Source: Nostoc sp. PCC 7120 = FACHB-418
Lineage (GTDB): Bacteria; Cyanobacteriota; Cyanobacteriia; Cyanobacteriales; Nostocaceae
Reading direction: 5' to 3'
Length of the DNA: 32,000 bases
Assembly (NCBI RefSeq): GCF_000009705.1
Contig: NC_003267.1
Coordinates: 30,001-62,000 of the forward strand
Each line of letters starts with the position of its first letter. Positions within the stretch are counted from its first letter, which is position 1. Below are positions 18,581-27,444 of this stretch, piece after piece. The notes under the pieces were generated by a model. It made no database searches and was not told the DNA's origin. It was given only the letters and a program-made list of their open reading frames with translations. A program made the position numbers and the translations under genes.

Positions 18581-21500
18581 AGAGGCTTACCTTGCTGAAT
18601 ACATTCCACATAGTAGTTAGCAAATTCGGCTACCCATTTGAATTTGTCTGGGTACTTTCTTTTAAATCTGTCACGGGCTGCTTGCTCTTCTCTGCTATTA
18701 GCAACTAACGCCAACATTGCATAGGAAGGATAGTAACGGCAGCGTACATACTTGTTGTTGTAATCTAACAACCACAGTGTGTATAACTGTTTAATATTGG
18801 GACGAAAACTTTCGTTTTTATCAATAATGTCTTTTGGGATTCCTAAATGCTCGGTAAAGCTTTTAGCTGCCCCAGGAACTATCCGCCCAATTAAGCGGCA
18901 GGGCATATTTTGTAAAATCTGCTCCCCTGCTTCTGAATTAGCGATGGAAAGAATATCTTGTGCTGCCAGCATGACTCGACAGCCGCCTTTACGGGCAGTG
19001 GCACATTTACGCCCTACTAACCTCGATAAAGCCGCAAATCGCAACAATACACTGGCTTCATCCATGAAGAAAACGCTATTGGGTGCTGATAGGGATTGGC
19101 GGGAGGCAGCAATATATGCAGACATCCCAAACACTTCGGCATCTTTGCTTGACTGTAAGTTGGTCAGTGCAAAAGTGATGAGCTTGGCATCGGTATCAAA
19201 GGTGGAGGGACGACAGATGGCATTGCCGATGCTGCTATTTCTCCAATACTGAAAGCGTAAACGAATGTAGTTCAGCGCTCGGTCAACGTTTTCATCTTCA
19301 TAGCCCAGGCTGATATGCTCTTTGCTAAAAAAGCGTTCCATGTCTGCGAGTGTTGGTGTATCGTCCCAAGCCGCAGAACCTAACCCATCTTTCTTTGCTT
19401 TAGCAAAACGCCGTTGAATATCGGCATGATCATAAAAGGCTTTTGTTCCTAATGGTATTAAAGACTCGATTGTTTGGGATAGGAATCCATCGAAGGTTTG
19501 AGAACCCAACACTAACTGAAGAACAATCAAGTTCACATCATTTCTGTGGGCTTGCAATCTATCTTCCCATTCATCTGGGGGGATTTTTGATAAGTCCAAG
19601 GGTTGCACTAAATTATTGGATTCTTTGGAAATATCAAAGTAAAAGCCGTTGTGATAAGGTGTGTAGTCTCCAAATGTTCCTGTCCCGTCATCATTTGGCA
19701 GGTCAATCATTAAGACGCTCATGTCTTGAGCTTGGCACTCGCCGATGATGGATGATACCAAAACTGATTTTCCTGAGCCTGTTGTCCCCAATATCAAGAT
19801 ATTTTTGGTTTTTGATAAGTCAAGATGAAGGGGTGAATCACTCTCATCGGCGATTAACTCGAATCCTTGCTCGTCTGCGGGACTGTTCTGTACTATATTT
19901 GTCAGTCCTAAGATTTCACTGGCGAAAAAAGTTAGCCGCCGATTGTATGGACGTAAAAGTATTGGTTCTAGCCTGATTAACAAAGTCTGCAACCAGATTA
20001 GCCACGCATATTCCACTTCACGGGTTAGCTCTGTGGGTTGTGATATGTAACCAGAAATTAATCGGCAGGCATCATCTATTTCTTCTGGTGTGTCGCGGTA
20101 AACCAAGACTACCAAACTCAAGTTTAGTGGTACATCTCCTGTGTACAGTTGTCTTTGGGCTTCGACGGAACGTTCGACATTGATTTGGGCAGAAACATCT
20201 ATTGATTTTTTTTGCTGCACATTTAAGTCCAATGCTCTGGAACGTTTGGTAATCATTTGCTGGGCTGCACGGGTTATTCCTCTGTCCGCCGGGGAGAATT
20301 CTGTGATTATCTCTACGTCAAAAATATTGTTGCGTGAGAATAAATCCCACAGGAACCGAATTTGATGTTTGGTTGAGGCAAAGATTTCTGGTTTGCGGGT
20401 CAATACCATTACTCCCACAAATTTCTTGTTTTCTCCTGTTGGTAAACATATCCAGCGCTTATCGGCAAAAGGTACTCCGTTGTTCAAGATGATTGAGCTT
20501 AAGTGTGGCTGGTTGATAATTTCGATTGGTTTATCAAATACTGCTTTTTCGTCGATTTCTTCTCTGACACCTTGTTCATCAAATACCAGGGTATGGGGAG
20601 CGATTACTGTTTTAGCTCCGATGTTTTTACAAAGCTCTTGCCATAAGTCCTTATCTGTTTTGGGTTGGGGATTTAAGCCCATTTCTGTAAGAATCTGCTG
20701 GTATCTTAATGAGGCTTCCAGTGCCTTGGTTAAAATCTGAGTGAACCGCTTTTTGGTTAGTTGGTTCACTCCTGAATCTGTAAACCTCCTTTGTACGAAG
20801 TTGGCTAATTTCGCCAAAAACTTATCTACTGGGTCTGAGGTTTCTAGGGCTTCTGAGCTTACTGTAAATGACCAGTAAATGTTTAGTTTGATGTCCTTGC
20901 GCGCTCTCTGATTCGTTAGTTTTTGTGTCCTGGCTAGTCTTCCCCAATCTAGAAATTCACATTCTAAAGATGATGAATTGTTGATACGCTGCATTAAATA
21001 CTGTTCAGCATCACTATCATCACAGAAGGAACTCCATCTAAAGGTGATTTTTTCTCCTGGCGGGATTTCTTTACAACCACTTTCAAAAATTTTTGCTACT
21101 GCTTCTATTTCTTGTTCTGAGTTGAATAGGGGATGAATCCCTGTGCATGAGAATCCAAAAATTAATTGCAGGGTATTATTACTATCAGTCAGATTCTTTT
21201 TACTCAGCAAGTAAGCTCCAACTGTGTAAGCATCTTTTTTTAATCTGACTATGGTTGTTAAATCTAACCAATCTTCAAACGGATTGAGAGTTTTTGGTTT
21301 AGATGAACGTGTTAGTTTTACTTTTCTAGTACCTACTTTTTTCTTAAGGTGTGGTGATGTGTAAGTTGCATATCCTCTCGTCCATCTTGGCACAATTGGA
21401 TAAACTTTAGACCAGTAAATGTATGGTTGATCTCCTGATAGTAATGCTACTGAGAAACTAGACCAAAATGCAAAGCCTAGACCCCAAAAAATATCCAACC

Positions 21501-21633
21501 CGATTATTAAACACAGCAGTCCGAATACTATACAGAATATACCTGCAAAAATTACAAACTGTCTGCCTGTAAATGGGCCAAACTTTGGACTTTCACCTAA
21601 GCTCTGATTGACTTTTCTGATTTCTTCTCTCAT
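18577..21633 (-). CDS. virB4: VirB4/TrbE-family T4SS ATPase with an N-terminal VirB3-like membrane segment (fusion)
   Basis: The first ~90 aa carry two hydrophobic hairpin segments (FVIFAGIFCIVFGLLCLIIG, GLGFAFWSSFSVALL). Walker A ILILGTTGSGKSVLVS. Walker B-like SVFFMDEAS. The 1018-aa size fits. Confidence 0.85.
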   Translation of the reverse strand: MREEIRKVNQSLGESPKFGPFTGRQFVIFAGIFCIVFGLLCLIIGLDIFWGLGFAFWSSFSVALLSGDQPYIYWSKVYPIVPRWTRGYATYTSPHLKKKVGTRKVKLTRSSKPKTLNPFEDWLDLTTIVRLKKDAYTVGAYLLSKKNLTDSNNTLQLIFGFSCTGIHPLFNSEQEIEAVAKIFESGCKEIPPGEKITFRWSSFCDDSDAEQYLMQRINNSSSLECEFLDWGRLARTQKLTNQRARKDIKLNIYWSFTVSSEALETSDPVDKFLAKLANFVQRRFTDSGVNQLTKKRFTQILTKALEASLRYQQILTEMGLNPQPKTDKDLWQELCKNIGAKTVIAPHTLVFDEQGVREEIDEKAVFDKPIEIINQPHLSSIILNNGVPFADKRWICLPTGENKKFVGVMVLTRKPEIFASTKHQIRFLWDLFSRNNIFDVEIITEFSPADRGITRAAQQMITKRSRALDLNVQQKKSIDVSAQINVERSVEAQRQLYTGDVPLNLSLVVLVYRDTPEEIDDACRLISGYISQPTELTREVEYAWLIWLQTLLIRLEPILLRPYNRRLTFFASEILGLTNIVQNSPADEQGFELIADESDSPLHLDLSKTKNILILGTTGSGKSVLVSSIIGECQAQDMSVLMIDLPNDDGTGTFGDYTPYHNGFYFDISKESNNLVQPLDLSKIPPDEWEDRLQAHRNDVNLIVLQLVLGSQTFDGFLSQTIESLIPLGTKAFYDHADIQRRFAKAKKDGLGSAAWDDTPTLADMERFFSKEHISLGYEDENVDRALNYIRLRFQYWRNSSIGNAICRPSTFDTDAKLITFALTNLQSSKDAEVFGMSAYIAASRQSLSAPNSVFFMDEASVLLRFAALSRLVGRKCATARKGGCRVMLAAQDILSIANSEAGEQILQNMPCRLIGRIVPGAAKSFTEHLGIPKDIIDKNESFRPNIKQLYTLWLLDYNNKYVRCRYYPSYAMLALVANSREEQAARDRFKRKYPDKFKWVAEFANYYVECIQQGKPL

Positions 21634-21733
21634 AGAGCTTCAGCATTTATTGAGAAAATTCATGCACATCAGTATCCATATCCCCTTATCAAAAAGAGGA
21701 TTATGGATGAGTTATATCAAGGACGAATTTTTT

Positions 21734-21910
21734 AAGAATTCAGAATTCAAGAATCAGAATTAATCAGTGGTGGTCCTAAATCCTCCACTAAGTATTCGCC
21801 TTGGGTGTTCCCGAATAGTAGACCACTGAATCAGGGATTGAGTAAGGAGCTTAAACCCACTTATTTATTCATCAGTTGTACAAAATTCCCAAACTGAATT
21901 CTGTTTTGAT
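21734..21910. repeat. AT-rich GAATTCAGAA-armed repeat element, copy B, inverted relative to copy A
   Basis: Block 21734-21767 (aagaattcagaattcaagaatcagaattaatcag), block 21850-21875 (cttaaacccacttatttattcatcag) and block 21894-21910 (ctgaattctgttttgat) are reverse complements of the copy A blocks 8226-8265, 8154-8179 and 8098-8115. They are colinear, with indels. The element lies between the pilin-like and VirB4-like genes. Confidence 0.65.
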
Positions 21911-21968
21911 AAACGGGTTTAACTCTCTCACCAAATTTAATATTTGGTAGTTCTGAATCCTCAATTCT

Positions 21969-22463
21969 TTAACCCTGAGTACAGCCTGCGTTACCACCAA
22001 ACAGCAATGACTGGAACACCACAATCAATATCACTGATATAAAGGTGAAAATTGGCTGTTGTATGACGTTACTTACTTCTTCACCGCGGCCGTAAGAGGC
22101 CACTCCTTGATAAACGGAGAAGCAGAAGTAGCCGAACAAAACGATAGTCAGTGATGTAAACAGAATCATTGGCAAGCTAGTCAACACTGCATTATTAATA
22201 GTTCCACCAGATGAGGCGCTAGTAATCACACAGGTCATTGCTTTTTGAGCGTTGCTAAATATTGAATCTGCTCTAGCTGCTCTAGATTGTAATCCTATTA
22301 AAAGCGTAGTTCCCACTGAAACTAATTGCCAACGTACTTGAAAAACCGATTTAAATAAGCTTTTTTGAGCTTGATTTTTTCTTACTCTATCATCTGCTCT
22401 TTCTACTGCTGATGTAGATGCTTTGAGCCTAGCCAAAGTCCAAGGGAAAATTTTTCTTTCCAT
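21969..22463 (-). CDS. VirB2/TrbC-like pilin precursor
   Basis: Long charged leader ending in an AxA-type site (SRAARA/DS). Two hydrophobic helices (LPMILFTSLTIVLFGYFCFSVY and IFTFISVILIVVFQSLLFGG) are separated by a short polar loop. It is the first gene of the operon. Confidence 0.5.
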   Translation of the reverse strand: MERKIFPWTLARLKASTSAVERADDRVRKNQAQKSLFKSVFQVRWQLVSVGTTLLIGLQSRAARADSIFSNAQKAMTCVITSASSGGTINNAVLTSLPMILFTSLTIVLFGYFCFSVYQGVASYGRGEEVSNVIQQPIFTFISVILIVVFQSLLFGGNAGCTQG

Positions 22464-23114
22464 AAGGAAGAGGAGTGGTGAATTTGCTTAACTGTCCTTT
22501 GCTTTTACAACTTCCAACTACTAGAAATAAACTTCTCTTACCAACTTACCTAAATTATTCTGCAAAGGAACAATAAAAAAACTCTATTACAACTAACTAT
22601 AACAAAACATTTTTAGCAATATTAATTTAATTTCCTATATATTTATTTACTACTCAAACTGCTTTAAATCACGATGTAATTACTCACAACACTTGACAAG
22701 TTACTTCAATTATGTAAAAATCGCTCTTTATTTTTTATTCCTACACAAATAAATCTTACTTCAAGCTGGTTTATATATTTTTGTTACAGCCCTTTTATTA
22801 GGACTAATATTATCTTTTTAACATCTTTTATGCGAACTCTGCAATTAAAATACAGTCTTTGATGTCAAATTTCCCACTTTCAGGATATAAATATCTTTTT
22901 TGGGACGAAAATCTCAAAAAAGCTAATTTTAGTCACAGTTCCCAACTAATAGTTCTACTGTTGTGACTGTCCAAACAAATTTGTCCCCTCACTTTTCTAA
23001 AAAGGGTACTATTGGCTTTATTAGTTTCTGCTTTTATACCCACGCGAAGGAATATGGTTGAGCATTCTTTCATTGACTATTCTCTATACAAACTTTGAAG
23101 AAGAATACATCCGC

Positions 23115-23346
23115 CAGAATTCAGAACTCAGAACAAGAAAGTGGGGAATTCATACCCGCCAGGAATTGTTCGCGTAGCGTTTTTGACAGGAGAAGGGAAG
23201 ATCACCAAATTTTCAATTTCGTGCGGTGTTCCACCGTTTGTACTCCTTCTCCTAACGAAGACGAAGACAGCGAACGGAGAAGCAAGCTACATCCACCAAT
23301 CGCACAGAATTCATGCGCTCATTCTGGCTCCTGACTCCTGAGTTCT
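23115..23346. repeat. Third member of the GAATTCAGAA/CTGACTCCTGA-armed repeat family (copy C)
   Basis: The left arm cagaattcagaactcagaacaagaa and the right arm attctggctcctgactcctgagttct include a perfect 9-bp inverted repeat (agaactcag / ctgagttct). The right arm is the inverse of the copy A left-arm pattern. Confidence 0.6.
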
Positions 23347-23400
23347 ATTTCGTTAAAGTTTGTGAAATCTGCTGTACTTGCAAAGGCGAATAGGTCAAAA

Positions 23401-23571
23401 GAAGCAGGGGAGAAGAGGGCAGGGAGCAAGAGGGAAAACTGGGACTGAGCTTGTACTCCGACCCAGCAAGAGCGCCCTGTAAGGGCGAGGCTTGTATGTT
23501 TCGCTCCGCTTCACGGCTACTAGGCAGGGATTACTCCCCCTGCTCCCTGCTCCCTGCCCCTCCGCCTCTTC
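23401..23571. repeat. G-rich inverted-repeat element with a ~95-nt core, immediately 3' of the rep-like gene
   Basis: Left arm: gaagcaggggagaagagggcagggagcaagaggg. The reverse complement of the right arm is gaagaggcggaggggcagggagcagggagcaggggg. It lies 6 nt from the stop codon at 23578 and could act as a terminator hairpin. Confidence 0.7.
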
Positions 23572-23577
23572 GGTTAC

Positions 23578-25797
23578 TTATCCTCTCCACGACTTGCTTT
23601 GTTTTAACCGCTCTGCCATCTCGAAGTCACAGGGGTTACTGGAGAGCCATTGCTGTGCTTCCTGTTGTAAAATCTGCGATGGCGATTCTAGCATCAGCAG
23701 GCGTATGGCCAGATGTTCTAGCTTGATTCGCTCCTGGGGCATTAAAGATAAGTTTTCTATGGTGCAGTATAATTTCACCCAATGACGTGCTTGAGCAGTA
23801 GCCTGAAGTTTCAGTCTGATTGCTTGACGGTAATCTTCTGGGCTAAAGGTTGGTTGTTCAAGTGGCTCATCCGCTTCTACAGCAATCGGTACTGAATTTT
23901 CACTTTCGAGGTTCGGCTGTGTGGTTGTTGATATAGAAACTGGTACAGAGGGTTGGCCTTCTGGAGTATCTTCCCTCTGTAAAGTGTTTTCACAGACGCT
24001 ATCAACATCGCTATTGGCGGTTGTTAATACGTCGGCATTGCCTAAACCAGCGATCGCTTCTTCGTTTGATAAGTTTGGCTTATTTTCATCAAACGATTCG
24101 CCGCCGGAAAAGTCCCATTGGTTTTGCTTATGATTGGTAAGATTTGAAATCTTTGAAGAATCAGAAATGGTACCTGAAGAATTAGAAATATCGTTAGAGC
24201 TGGAATTAGAGCTGGAAGAAATTTCTTGATCTTGATGAAGAACAGCTATTGGCGTTGCTGATGGCAACGCTTTAGCTGTTCTTCTGTACAAAACCTTCAT
24301 ATATTGGGGGAGTGTGTAAATTTGCCCTATCTGCTCTTGTATCTCTTGTTCTGTCTGGATTTCAGCGTCTGACTTTTCTAACCACGGGTCTGGTATTTCG
24401 GGGTATTTTTGGGTGATTAAATTCGCTGTGTTGCTCTCTGGACAATCATTTACACGCTGTTTTGTTTCGGGTTTTTCTTCATGGTCGGGATGCCATAGGG
24501 GTAGGTAAATGGCTTTGTGTAGGGTGGTTTGGCTTACTCCTTTGCCATACTCGGCTTTTGATACTGCTATTATTGCTAACGCGCGATCGCTTGTCCGTTC
24601 TGGAAATGTTAAAGTTTCTTTTAGCTGTGCGACTATCGCACGAATCCTCTCTATTGTCTCTTGCTGCCTTTGTTCGTTAGGGTGCAGGTTGATGACTTTG
24701 TTCTCATCTAGTTTGCCGAATTGTTCTTTATAACTGTTTGCTCTTTGCGGTATGCCTGCATAGGGGGTATAGAATCCTTCACAGCACCTTGCCCATTCTC
24801 TGGCTCTTTGTTCTATTTCTTGTTGGTGGCGACACCAGTTTACATATCCTGGGGATTGACAGGCTGTGATCACTATATGATCTACTAATGTCTGTCCGCT
24901 TAATTGGCGAAATACTATGCCGTAACACGCTATGTCTTTGAGCAGTTCGTTTGTCTGTCCTTGTCCTGTCCATCCTTCACATATGCGTTGTTCTAGGTCT
25001 TGCTTCCATTGCTCTGCTGCACTGCGCTGACGGTACGGGAATTTTACGATTTTCTTATTACTGGCTTGGATTAGTGCTTGGGCTAATGCTTCGTAGTCTT
25101 GCCCTGCGGCTGACCAGTCGGCGGCGTTGAGGAAGTCTTCTATGTCGTCTGACCACGGCTCTAGGCAATCGTCTAGTATGTATGAGCCTGTCTGTAAGGG
25201 TAAGCGATGGGCGTTAAAGTTACTGGGGTTGCCTTTGCTGTACACTTTGCAGTTAGGGAATATTTCTAGTTCTCCTCCTTTGATTTTGAATCCTGCTGCT
25301 TCTAACGTCTGCTTGATTGCACAGGCTAGGGTGTATGAATGTTGTTTTTCTTCCAAGAAATAATATATGTGCAGTCCCCCACTATCGCTTGATTGTATCG
25401 GTATTGGTCTGCATAAGCCGATTTCTTCTAGGCTTGCTAGTAGTTCCTGGTATTTTATTCGGCTGTTTGATGGGTGTAGCTGGCTTTTGCTGTCTAGGTC
25501 TATTACTAGGTAGTTCGTTTCTTTGGCAAATCGCAGTCCCAGCATGACATCTGGGTTTATGTATTGTTGCCACAGGTTGCGCGGCTGTATCGGGTAGCGG
25601 TTTTCTGTTTGCCATTGTGGGCGTTCACCACTTTTCGGGGTGGGGGCGTAAATGAATCCCCAGCCGTGATGGAAGTATTTTATAAACCTTTGTCCTAATG
25701 GCTCTAATGGCTCTAAGGCGGGTTGTAATGCTTTGTTTGCTTTGGCTTTTGCCATTTTTCTCTCTCCGATGATGATTGGTTCATCGGAGCTACCCAC
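23578..25797 (-). CDS. Putative plasmid replication protein with N-terminal primase-polymerase (AEP)-like motifs
   Basis: Motifs NYLVIDLDS (DxD), SSDSGGLHIYYF (sGGxH) and NAHRLPL occur in the first ~230 aa. A Ser/Asn low-complexity linker and a helical C-terminal domain follow. The track start is GTG 25797. ATG 25755 (MAKAKANK), preceded by GGAGAG, is likelier. Confidence 0.5.
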   Translation of the reverse strand: MGSSDEPIIIGERKMAKAKANKALQPALEPLEPLGQRFIKYFHHGWGFIYAPTPKSGERPQWQTENRYPIQPRNLWQQYINPDVMLGLRFAKETNYLVIDLDSKSQLHPSNSRIKYQELLASLEEIGLCRPIPIQSSDSGGLHIYYFLEEKQHSYTLACAIKQTLEAAGFKIKGGELEIFPNCKVYSKGNPSNFNAHRLPLQTGSYILDDCLEPWSDDIEDFLNAADWSAAGQDYEALAQALIQASNKKIVKFPYRQRSAAEQWKQDLEQRICEGWTGQGQTNELLKDIACYGIVFRQLSGQTLVDHIVITACQSPGYVNWCRHQQEIEQRAREWARCCEGFYTPYAGIPQRANSYKEQFGKLDENKVINLHPNEQRQQETIERIRAIVAQLKETLTFPERTSDRALAIIAVSKAEYGKGVSQTTLHKAIYLPLWHPDHEEKPETKQRVNDCPESNTANLITQKYPEIPDPWLEKSDAEIQTEQEIQEQIGQIYTLPQYMKVLYRRTAKALPSATPIAVLHQDQEISSSSNSSSNDISNSSGTISDSSKISNLTNHKQNQWDFSGGESFDENKPNLSNEEAIAGLGNADVLTTANSDVDSVCENTLQREDTPEGQPSVPVSISTTTQPNLESENSVPIAVEADEPLEQPTFSPEDYRQAIRLKLQATAQARHWVKLYCTIENLSLMPQERIKLEHLAIRLLMLESPSQILQQEAQQWLSSNPCDFEMAERLKQSKSWRG

Positions 25798-27256
25798 ACT
25801 TTTGAGGTTTGGGGTGTATCTTTGAAGGTCTGGGATTTTCGGGGTGGGGTGGAGAATTTTTCTCTAGACCCCACACTCAACAGTTATCAGTTAATTTTTC
25901 CTTTGGGAGTTAGAGTCCCTCATTTCTAAAAATGGATTGTTTCTATCGGCTTTAAATCTCCGACTGAAACTGTGATAACTGTTCACTGATTTAATACCTT
26001 CAGCCCTTCTTGCTTGTTACACCCTATCCCCTCATTTAGAGCTTCCATTAGCGGTGCTAATATCAAATGTCACCAACTGCTATCAACCAAAAATTTCCCA
26101 TTCGCTCAAAAATTAATTTTTATGATGAAAATGGCTGAAATTCTTAGCCTGATACTCTTATGGTCAATTTTAGAGGGTTGATGCACCTGACTCAGGTTGC
26201 ACTAATTTTGCCTTTATGACCCAGACATTGCTACATTGAAATTGCTTTTAAAAATAAAATCTTGACGGTTAGTTGTTAACCGCTAAACATATGTCTGGCG
26301 TGTGGGCAGCTAGCCGATTTCTTTTCTTTACTTACTTGACACAACTTTAAGAGCGACTGGTGTAAGCCTTGGCGCTAACTTGTGCATAGTAAATAAAGCA
26401 GAAATCAGCCCTCTGTGTCCTTTTTAGGGTGATAATTCCAGTTTTTGATTGAAAAAATCTATTATTCACGACGTTATCCTCTTCTGCGAGGCATCTAGCC
26501 GTCAAATCATCCCTTAATTATTCTTGGCTTAATAGCTTTTGCCAATACTCAGCTTTAACTCAGAGTGGGGATTAATTGTCGCGGTAGATGCTTTTTTTAC
26601 TATTTGTCCAAAAAAAAGCATAAAGTGTCCCGCCCTGTGTGCTAAGATTGCCAACAGGGAATGAACGAGTCGTGAGTCCTCAGTTTGGAACAAATTTGGT
26701 GTCTTGACCGGCAAGTCTTATTAACTCCAAAATGTTCTACAACGACTCACATCTATTTTGACTATCCGAATACACTGTTTTTGTCGTTACTACCTCCCTT
26801 GTAAAGACTAATTGCAGTTTTACGTGCAAACTTACTCTCGCTAGAGTAGCATGAAAAGCGGTCTGACCTTATAAAAACAGATTTGTCTGTCTTGTGTTTT
26901 AGGTTTACAAACCGCATAGCAGAAATTTAAACAATTACATATAAACAGCGATCGCTCCTTGGACAGAGTGGTCGCTTTTTTAAATAGCCCTCCTAGAATG
27001 TTAAGTATTTTTAAGAGTGTCTTACTCATGCTGCAATTAATCCATTTCTTGTATTTACGTCTTTTGAAGGCATTAAGTTAATTTTGTTGACCAGGTTAAT
27101 AGTCAGAGATCACCTATCACTAAGCCACATTTTTAGCTCAGTTAATTCCTTCTCCACACCACTGAATTAGCAACCAACGATTAGAATCTTTGTCTAATGA
27201 AGGTAATACAACGATTTCAGTTAAATTACCTTGACCGGAAATTAACGATTGGGAAA
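25798..27256. other. ORF-poor 1.46-kb region next to the rep-like gene; candidate replication origin and/or regulatory RNA region
   Basis: No convincing ORF on either strand. Direct repeats tttgaggtttgggg (25801) and tttgaaggtctggga (25821), plus a gtggggt/accccac inverted repeat (about 25844-25876), lie next to the rep start. There are several short hairpins and AT-rich tracts. Confidence 0.35.
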
Positions 27257-27430
27257 TTATTTATCTTTATTTTTGTGTTGCTGGTCAACATAATTTTTCA
27301 TAAATTCAGTGATTACTTGGCTCATGGTCAGCCCCTGAGTAACACATACCCCCTTAAATTGATTCCTTAAGTCTCCAGGGACAAAAACTCTAAGTTCCAC
27401 CGTGTCATTTTCTTTTTCCTTTTTACTCAA
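27257..27430 (-). CDS. Unlisted 57-aa ribbon-helix-helix (CopG/ParG/omega-like) DNA-binding protein
   Basis: My translation is (M)SKKEKENDTVELRVFVPGDLRNQFKGVCVTQGLTMSQVITEFMKNYVDQQHKNKDK, from a TTG start with GGAGG 7 nt upstream. The strand-helix-helix pattern is LRVFVP / GDLRNQFKGVCV / TMSQVITEFM. It is below the ORF-track size cutoff. Confidence 0.65.
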   Translation of the reverse strand: MSKKEKENDTVELRVFVPGDLRNQFKGVCVTQGLTMSQVITEFMKNYVDQQHKNKDK

Positions 27431-27444
27431 GCTCTTACCTCCAA

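Noticed and set aside
8272-22463. Search for a VirB11-type ATPase, a lytic transglycosylase (VirB1) and a VirB7 lipoprotein in the T4SS operon
   Set aside because: I found no third Walker-A protein, no recognisable SLT/lysozyme motif, and no short ORF with a lipobox. They are not reported as features. Their absence is noted, not proven.
23095-23785. ORFs 23095..23334, 23141..23341, 23451..23726 and 23492..23785
   Set aside because: They are read across the repeat elements (copy C and the G-rich element 23401-23571) and partly overlap the rep gene antisense. Their composition (Pro/Cys/Ser/Arg-rich) reflects the repeat arms, not coding sequence.
4218-25615. Short ORFs nested antisense or out of frame inside large genes: 4218..4415, 4720..4986, 6641..6853, 8506..8703, 8987..9181, 10390..11784 set, 13415..13612, 15301..15555, 16079..16288, 18779..20740 set, 23921..25615 set, 1921..2373 set
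   Set aside because: Each lies fully within a longer ORF that has recognisable motifs or operon context. None has a start context or a motif of its own. They are typical frame shadows.
26529-27029. ORFs 26529..26714 and 26841..27029 in the ORF-poor region
   Set aside because: They are 61-62 aa with no Shine-Dalgarno sequence, an implausible composition and no neighbours. They are more likely chance ORFs in a regulatory or origin region.
27030-27430. Toxin-antitoxin reading of the 57-aa RHH gene
   Set aside because: I translated the minus strand downstream (27030-27256) and found no partner ORF. The only nearby ORF (26841..27029) is Cys/Leu-rich with no RBS. The context favours a partition or regulatory role.
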